Shown: positions 58,431-64,000 of the stretch, in pieces
Numbering within the stretch: the first letter of the stretch is position 1
Layout: each line of letters opens with the position of its first letter
From: a virus
DNA: 64,000 nucleotides
Virus record (IMG/VR): IMGVR_UViG_3300035696_001556
Location: 96,001 to 160,000 of that record
Direction: 5' to 3' (one strand)
Made by a program: the position numbers and the translations under genes
Notes under the pieces: model-generated
The model's database searches: none
What the model was told of the DNA's origin: nothing
Seen by the model: only the letters and a program-made list of their open reading frames with translations

Positions 58431-60077
58431 ATGGCTACCAATCCTCTTCATTCTACTGTTGGCCCGGAAGACTATATCTCGCCATATTCAGATATTAATT
58501 ACTCCAAGGGACCAAAAATACTTTACGGTAACCCAGATGTAATGACAGTTGTGTTGAATGACTCACAGGGAGATAGTGACGATGAGTGGGGCAATACGGA
58601 AGAAATCGCTTTAAGGATGATTATAGATGAAGCCATTTCTTCGCATCAGACAGTTTTTGGATGGTCAGGCATAGTTGGTTTGCAAGGTCAGATGGCCTAT
58701 CTTTTAACATTTTTTGTTAACTACGATCCCGCTTTTAATCTGGCTAATACTTCACAGGTGATTTTCACTATAGGTACCACACAGTTGTCAAACGGACAGC
58801 TCTCATTAGGCACATCAGCGCTTCTTAATTCCGCTGGACTCTCCTTGAGCAACGGGTCACTTACAATTCAAAGTCCTTCTGCAGGGATTGCAAATATTAC
58901 CACTAAAACAGGCACATCTATAAGTGAACTAAGTTTAGTTGCAGATCCAACCAATCCTTATTTAATTATTTCTCTAAATGCAACAGAATATTATTTTAGT
59001 CCAACTGGTTTTTCACTACCAGGATTGGCTTTTTCTGCCGGTAGTGGATCATTCAATACCCTTGCCGGTGGAGCCATGAGCGGGATCTCTTTAGCTCTTA
59101 CGGGAAATTTAACTTTCCCCACAAGTACTTCAGCACCATATGTGGCTACTGCTCTAAGTAACTATATTTTTGGTAATGCAGGAGGCGCATCGGATAGCGG
59201 AGATCAGTTAGTACTAACCTCTAATGATATACGATTTTTTATAAAAACTCCTAATCCAATCACCACTTATGCTAACAATTTGGTATTGTCTTATACTCAT
59301 GGACCTCTGTCCCCCTATCCAATTAGTGCTAATTTTTCTTCGTTTGTGAGTATATCTAACGATTTAAGTCTTACCGCTATCAATGGTACTGCTGTTATTA
59401 ATTTTCTGTCTTCTAATACAAGTACTTTAACGGTGTCTTATGTCGGCGGAAATACTGTTTGGAACATCACAGGAGCCCAAGTATTTTATTTCCTTGGAGA
59501 TTCGGGTAATCCTGCTGATGGAGTTTCTTTATTTTCATATGCTAAAGGTCAAGGTCCGGGAGCAGGTATAGGTTTTGTTGGTTATGATTCAAGCGGAACC
59601 ACGCTGTTAGATATGTCCATGTTTTTAGGATCTGGATCAATACCAACTACACAATACGGTTTAGTTCTAGAAAACACTACGTCAAGTAATTTCATTCTTA
59701 GTAAAATGTCTATGTATGTCACGGATCAATCGAGGAGTGCGACAGGATTTGTAAGCTTGGATGCAGTTAACGGTATTAGCACAGGTCAAACTCCTATTTT
59801 ATGGAAAACTTATGATATTACTGGTATATCATGGCCTGGCCCTGCTACAGGTTTTGTAGTGGATTTACCTAATGAAACTGTAGCTGTAAATAAAGTCTGT
59901 GGATTAAGTGTTACCGTTTTAAACAGTGGTGGTGGAGTTTATTCACCGGGGTCCAATACATATTCTGTATACTATTTCTATAATGTTGCTCATAGCTGTT
60001 TTTCTTTATCTTTTGATATCACAGGTCCTTCCATTGACACAGTTACTGTTAACGCAGTGATTTTTTATACTGTTTAA
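58431..60077 (+). CDS. Fibre/decoration-like structural protein
   Basis: S/T/G/N-rich, charge-poor beta composition after an acidic N-terminal domain; SD AGGAG. Confidence 0.6.
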   Translation: MATNPLHSTVGPEDYISPYSDINYSKGPKILYGNPDVMTVVLNDSQGDSDDEWGNTEEIALRMIIDEAISSHQTVFGWSGIVGLQGQMAYLLTFFVNYDPAFNLANTSQVIFTIGTTQLSNGQLSLGTSALLNSAGLSLSNGSLTIQSPSAGIANITTKTGTSISELSLVADPTNPYLIISLNATEYYFSPTGFSLPGLAFSAGSGSFNTLAGGAMSGISLALTGNLTFPTSTSAPYVATALSNYIFGNAGGASDSGDQLVLTSNDIRFFIKTPNPITTYANNLVLSYTHGPLSPYPISANFSSFVSISNDLSLTAINGTAVINFLSSNTSTLTVSYVGGNTVWNITGAQVFYFLGDSGNPADGVSLFSYAKGQGPGAGIGFVGYDSSGTTLLDMSMFLGSGSIPTTQYGLVLENTTSSNFILSKMSMYVTDQSRSATGFVSLDAVNGISTGQTPILWKTYDITGISWPGPATGFVVDLPNETVAVNKVCGLSVTVLNSGGGVYSPGSNTYSVYYFYNVAHSCFSLSFDITGPSIDTVTVNAVIFYTV

Positions 60078-60143
60078 TTTGAAAGCATTTAAACTTTAAA
60101 TTTTCAACTACATGATATTATATTTATATAACGAGGAGATAAT

Positions 60144-60569
60144 ATGAAATTGTCAAATCTTCAGATCATGAACCCGCAGTTTGTCCCTGCTCTTGAAAAG
60201 CTTCTCAAGAAAGAGATGCCTATTTCTACATGTGAGGCTCTTGCTGTGGCTATAACGGAGATAGAAAAGCAGGGTGCCCTACTTCAGAAAGTCCGCAACG
60301 CTTTAATTGATAAATACCTTGAGAAAGACGATAAGGGTAAACCGATAGTCATAAATGGCAACCAACCCAAATACAAGAACCCGGAAGCTCAACAGCAGTT
60401 TATGAAAGAATTAGGTGTACTCCTTCAGGAAAGTTTTGAAGTTTCTTTTGATAAAAAAATAGACATATCTGAAGATGAAATTATGAGTGCCCAGGAGTAC
60501 ATGCTGGTAAGAGATTTGGTAAATATCACGAAAAAAACAACAGGTGCCCTTGACATTTCTAGTAAATAG
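60144..60569 (+). CDS. DUF1617-like small helical phage protein
   Basis: AL.KL...EMP...R..LIDKY.EKDDKGKP...F.KEL..LL..E.EV pattern; SD GAGGAG. Confidence 0.6.
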   Translation: MKLSNLQIMNPQFVPALEKLLKKEMPISTCEALAVAITEIEKQGALLQKVRNALIDKYLEKDDKGKPIVINGNQPKYKNPEAQQQFMKELGVLLQESFEVSFDKKIDISEDEIMSAQEYMLVRDLVNITKKTTGALDISSK

Positions 60570-60578
60570 TCATATATT
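60550..60578 (+). promoter_or_regulatory. Sigma70-type promoter TTGACA-N17-TATATT
   Basis: Perfect -35 at 60550-55, 17-nt spacer, -10 TATATT at 60573-78; predicted TSS ~60585. Confidence 0.75.
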
Positions 60579-60584
60579 TGGTAA

Positions 60585-60830
60585 GGCTTGTGTAGCAGGA
60601 AAAACAAAAGCAGACTAAACCGGTGGCGGAACCGGGCAGGCAAGCTACCTCTGTTGAAAGCAACAAGGCATAAGTGCTGAAAAACAAAACGCCATGGAAG
60701 TTTAATAAGGCTCTTCCTAAACTGCTACACTAGATAACATTCAGAACCGAACATGCAGGTTAGCGCATGTGCAGAAAGATCCTACTGCGAAAAGATGGGT
60801 CACAACCGGCTGACCGTAAAACGTTGCCAA
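60585..60830 (+). ncRNA. Candidate structured ncRNA or long structured 5' leader
   Basis: 9-bp closing stem GTGTAGCAG/CTGCTACAC, six further hairpins, two possible pseudoknots and a duplicated GAAAAACAAAA linker. GC-richer than its flanks and starts at the predicted TSS. Confidence 0.6.
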
Positions 60831-60848
60831 AAAAGAAGGAGTCCAACC

Positions 60849-61889
60849 ATGGACACTGCTACAGATTCTTCCACGTCTCTTTCTACTGTCGAAGGCCGCA
60901 TCAGAAAAGCGGCAGAAGTTCTCAAAGCAGATTATAGTGATTTTCAAGAGCTTCTCAAAGAGCAAATTGGTGTTGAACCGAATGACGAGGGGCTACGACT
61001 ACTCAATGCTCAAACCACCACAGAACAAGTAATAATAGAAACCCTCAAAGGCTGTTATCTTCCTGTAAAAAATTCTGAAAAGCTAATGCTGGAATCTTCA
61101 AAAACTTCTTTAAGCCTTCCTGCTGTTGCGGCTATCCTAAAGGGTAGAAATCCTTTTGCTACAGTGCAGGATGCACTTGATAAGTCTTACAAAACAGATA
61201 CCACCGCAAAAGTCGAGAAAGATTCCTCTATCGAAGGAAATGTAATCGCCCACCAGTTTGTTGAACTCGCCAGAGGTCTCCGTGATCCCAAGGGCATGAA
61301 AGATAGAGAATTGCTGGAGCTCTATGACAAAGAGCGCGATTATGAAATTGAACAGGAGTTGCATCGTAGGGCAAATTTCCAGCATTTCGTTGTTCTCAAG
61401 CCTGGTCAAGAGGGTAAAACCCAGAAGGCTATCGATATCGAAATGAGCTTGGACCTGCTTAAAAGATCACGCCGGATAGTCAATCCCACTTTAGTCCGCC
61501 AAGGGGATATATTCGTAAATGTCTATCGGGTTACAGAGCTCAATCCAGAAGATCAGATTTTTGAGATCTGTCCGTTCTGCGGCGAGATCATGTATGACAA
61601 TTATTGTGAACGTTGTGGTGCAGATTTCGGTGGTACTGGGGATGATGAAAAAGCTTTCATCAAGCTCATAAGTGAGAAGGAAAGCTTTGACAAAAACTCT
61701 ATGTCAGACCGCAAGGCAGTACTTGCAAGTGCAAGTAAAGGTCTTATGGATCTTCGTATAACATGGCCAAAAGTTAATAAAAAGTACGAAGAGCTTAAGA
61801 TGCTTGGAGAGCTTCCAAAGCTTAGGAAGAGCCGTTCTCTTCCGTATTCTAAGCCAGCTGATCCATTTCACACCAAAGATAAGATTTAA
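60849..61889 (+). CDS. Hypothetical protein with Zn ribbon
   Basis: SD AAGGAG before ATG 60849; CPFCGE...YCERCG. Confidence 0.75.
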   Translation: MDTATDSSTSLSTVEGRIRKAAEVLKADYSDFQELLKEQIGVEPNDEGLRLLNAQTTTEQVIIETLKGCYLPVKNSEKLMLESSKTSLSLPAVAAILKGRNPFATVQDALDKSYKTDTTAKVEKDSSIEGNVIAHQFVELARGLRDPKGMKDRELLELYDKERDYEIEQELHRRANFQHFVVLKPGQEGKTQKAIDIEMSLDLLKRSRRIVNPTLVRQGDIFVNVYRVTELNPEDQIFEICPFCGEIMYDNYCERCGADFGGTGDDEKAFIKLISEKESFDKNSMSDRKAVLASASKGLMDLRITWPKVNKKYEELKMLGELPKLRKSRSLPYSKPADPFHTKDKI

Positions 61890-61908
61890 ATAATATGTTT
61901 CGAGAATA

Positions 61909-61936
61909 GGGGGCTCTTAGATCTCCAGGAGCCCCC
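61909..61936 (+). other. Strong intergenic hairpin
   Basis: GGGGGCTCTT/AGGAGCCCCC 10-bp stem (one G-U) with an 8-nt loop; no U-tract on either strand. Confidence 0.7.
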
Positions 61937-61959
61937 ACTCTACCTGAAAGGATCTTCTT

Positions 61960-62220
61960 ATGCCTAATGAAAATCTTGACTTTAAATTTTTTAGATGCCA
62001 AGAATATTATTTTATAACTCCTGCTAGAAATCTGTGCAAGATATATGAAATCATAGAACTTAATGCTACAGGGACTGAACTATGTAGTTATTTTAGTCAA
62101 CATGTACCTTATGAATACGCTGTAACTGATGAAGCAAATAAAAAAGACAAAGAAAAATTTTATCTAGGCGCTACTTTTGTGGAAGCTGCAGCGAAATTCA
62201 TGAGTCTCACGAAGAAATAA
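61960..62220 (+). CDS. Small hypothetical protein
   Basis: SD AAGGA; 86 aa. Confidence 0.6.
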   Translation: MPNENLDFKFFRCQEYYFITPARNLCKIYEIIELNATGTELCSYFSQHVPYEYAVTDEANKKDKEKFYLGATFVEAAAKFMSLTKK

Positions 62221-62242
62221 CATTATATCAAAGGCGGACAAG

Positions 62243-63553
62243 ATGTATAGAGATGTTTTAGGTTTTTCAATATCGCCCTTTATGCAAAGGGTCATGAATA
62301 TACATGGATTTTTTGGTTCAATCATGCGTACAGGAAAGAAATCGGAAGACAGCAGTAACAAACTTCCTCCCGGAGTACCGATCCCGGTTTTACCAGTAGA
62401 CTATTTGAAAGTTCGTCCAGATAGTTGGATAGGGGGCGAAGGAGCATATGTAGTTCCCGTTGACTCAGATTGGGGACTCTGGTTCAACTTCACCATGAAT
62501 AATCCTTTTAACACAGCAGTCCTTCCTTCTATAAAAGGCATGAATCCTCTTACGGGGCAGCGTGTGAGTGGGTATGATCTTGAAGAGTATCAAGACAAAT
62601 GTCCTGTACATAACAAACCCTTCAGCAAAGGTAATCTTTGTACGGAGTGTGGTTTCAAATGGCCCTATCAGAACTATCTTGCGCATCCTGGAAAACTTTG
62701 GGTCGACGGATTTAGGACTCCGGATGGTAACGTACGCCAGTTTTATTTTACAGAAGAGATGGCGAAATCTATCCCAGAGCTGGTAATTGGTAAAGAAGAT
62801 ACAGTCCCAGCATTTGGATTTTGCTTCTACAAACTCAAGGAGTATGACGGGCATTTTGAAGAAGGAAAGTACGTCAAAAACGAATTTCCAATAAATCCTC
62901 GCTCACAATATAGCTCTTATTGTGGAGGTAGTATAGGAATAGGTACTTCTTGTGCTTCTAGTATGTTTTATTCCCCAAGTCTGAGCACTGATTTTCTTGC
63001 TAAGCCAGCAGATATGGCCAGTAGAAGTGCCCGTTACCGTAAAGGACTAGCAGGACCAAGGAAATTCTCTACTGGAGGATCAATGCTACACATTTCTGGT
63101 GTATCTTTGGACTCAGTATCTTTTAAAACTGATTTGGCGGATGCAGACAGTTCTACAAAGGCATCTTATCTGTCAGCTAGTAATACAGCCTCAATAGAGA
63201 GTGCTTCTAATGGAACTACTCTTAATTTTAGTTCGAGTGCAGATGGTGGAGCTTCGTATGAAAATACTTTGATAGGAGATGATGAGAAAGGCACAGATAT
63301 TTTACGTGAATATGAAAGTCCTTTACGTAAATCCGCAGAGGTGGGCATCGGAGCAGGAGCAAAAATAAAACAAGCTTTTGCAAAAAGCAGTAAGTCTTTA
63401 GAAGACTGGGAGAAGAAACCGGCAGGAGTTATCAGACTGTACTTTGTCTTCCAGGAAGAATTTGAAAGATATGCTGCAGCAGGTTTTAACAATCTCGAAG
63501 GAAATGAAACAGGATACCTTGAAGGTCTCCCAGTAGGAGGATCCCATGAATAA
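62243..63553 (+). CDS. Conserved hypothetical protein with inserted Zn ribbon and Ser-rich linker
   Basis: LPPG...W.GG...LWFNF...NPLTG...QNYL..P..LWVDGF...G.VRQF...GIGAGAKIKQ; CPVH...CTEC. Confidence 0.7.
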   Translation: MYRDVLGFSISPFMQRVMNIHGFFGSIMRTGKKSEDSSNKLPPGVPIPVLPVDYLKVRPDSWIGGEGAYVVPVDSDWGLWFNFTMNNPFNTAVLPSIKGMNPLTGQRVSGYDLEEYQDKCPVHNKPFSKGNLCTECGFKWPYQNYLAHPGKLWVDGFRTPDGNVRQFYFTEEMAKSIPELVIGKEDTVPAFGFCFYKLKEYDGHFEEGKYVKNEFPINPRSQYSSYCGGSIGIGTSCASSMFYSPSLSTDFLAKPADMASRSARYRKGLAGPRKFSTGGSMLHISGVSLDSVSFKTDLADADSSTKASYLSASNTASIESASNGTTLNFSSSADGGASYENTLIGDDEKGTDILREYESPLRKSAEVGIGAGAKIKQAFAKSSKSLEDWEKKPAGVIRLYFVFQEEFERYAAAGFNNLEGNETGYLEGLPVGGSHE

Positions 63554-64000
63554 GGTAGATTTATTATTTATATGTGATATAACGGGATCTATGGGTAGCC
63601 TCATAGATGATGCCAAAAAAAGAATGAAAGATATCTTGAGCAAGCTCTCTTCAGAATTCAATGTGGATACCCAAGTAGGTTTGTCTCTCTATCGTGATCA
63701 CGTATCTCAGGGGGACCCTTTTACCGTGGTTACTTTTGATCTCATGCCTATAGATAAGATCCAAGAAAAAATAGATCAGATATTCGTTGATGGGGGTGGC
63801 GACTGGCAAGAAGCAGTCCTCGATGGAATTATTGAAGGAGTTTCCAATATGTCTTGGAGAAAAGAATCCAAGCGGATTGCTTTTCTCATAGGTGACGCTC
63901 CCCCACATGGTATGGATGAAGATACTTTTTGCTGTACTTGTGGAAAAACTTGGGGGGACGCTATCCAGGTAGCTGAAGAGAAATGTGTGCCTATTTATTC
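63546..64000 (+). CDS. von Willebrand factor A (vWA) domain protein, truncated by the window end
   Basis: Not in the ORF track. SD AGGAGG and ATG 63546; translates MNKVDLLFICDITGSMG (MIDAS DxTxS)...YRDH...GGGDWQEAV...WR...LIGDAPPHG. Confidence 0.9.
   Translation, partial: MNKVDLLFICDITGSMGSLIDDAKKRMKDILSKLSSEFNVDTQVGLSLYRDHVSQGDPFTVVTFDLMPIDKIQEKIDQIFVDGGGDWQEAVLDGIIEGVSNMSWRKESKRIAFLIGDAPPHGMDEDTFCCTCGKTWGDAIQVAEEKCVPIY

Noticed and set aside
60753-60848. N-terminal extension of the Zn-ribbon ORF from ATG 60753
   Set aside because: No SD and buried in a hairpin, whereas ATG 60849 has AAGGAG at normal spacing.
60585-60850. Complete tmRNA, RNase P RNA or c-di-GMP riboswitch
   Set aside because: Lacks the diagnostic conserved blocks (acceptor stem/T-loop, GAGGAAAGUCC, riboswitch core); only partial resemblance, reported as a finding.
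61909-61936. Rho-independent terminator
   Set aside because: Strong stem but no U-rich tail on either strand.
121-63908. Numerous minus-strand and short alternative-frame ORFs in the track
   Set aside because: Nearly all lie antisense to or inside long, motif-bearing + strand genes, and none shows a recognisable motif; treated as shadow ORFs.
1-64000. CRISPR array, tRNA/rRNA, DGR, IS/integrase, intein or intron
   Set aside because: No spaced direct repeats, cloverleaf with T-loop, reverse transcriptase, transposase or interrupted PolA/DnaB/ligase motifs were seen by eye; subtle cases could be missed.
1-64000. Stop-codon reassignment (as in some large phages)
   Set aside because: Genes are long and tightly packed under the standard code, and TAA, TAG and TGA all occur at sensible gene ends.

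Overview
64 kb of a large, jumbo-like, contractile-tailed (myovirus-type) phage genome. It is AT-rich, uses the standard genetic code, and every credible gene is on the + strand. 1-44.6 kb is a virion module: gp5/VgrG-like spike, a 3529-aa giant structural protein, gp25-like, baseplate-J-like and P2 gpI/gp7-like wedge proteins, two paralogous baseplate/fibre proteins, a cluster of collagen/PKD/LamG/Gly-rich fibre proteins, a GT2 glycosyltransferase and a holin-like gene. 44.7-58.3 kb is a replication module: SNF2 helicase, degenerate DnaC-like loader, DnaB helicase, stand-alone CHC2 primase Zn domain, family A DNA polymerase, ECF-like sigma factor, DUF932-like protein, NADAR and NAD+-dependent ligase. 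58.4-64 kb holds an orphan fibre gene, then a promoter-headed ~250-nt structured intergenic RNA followed by Zn-ribbon and vWA genes. The two most notable signals are (i) a G-x-T-G motif strongly over-represented across many virion proteins, next to a fibre-linked glycosyltransferase (candidate virion O-glycosylation system), and (ii) the structured RNA at 60.59-60.83 kb. All product calls come from motif recognition by eye; no database searches were run.
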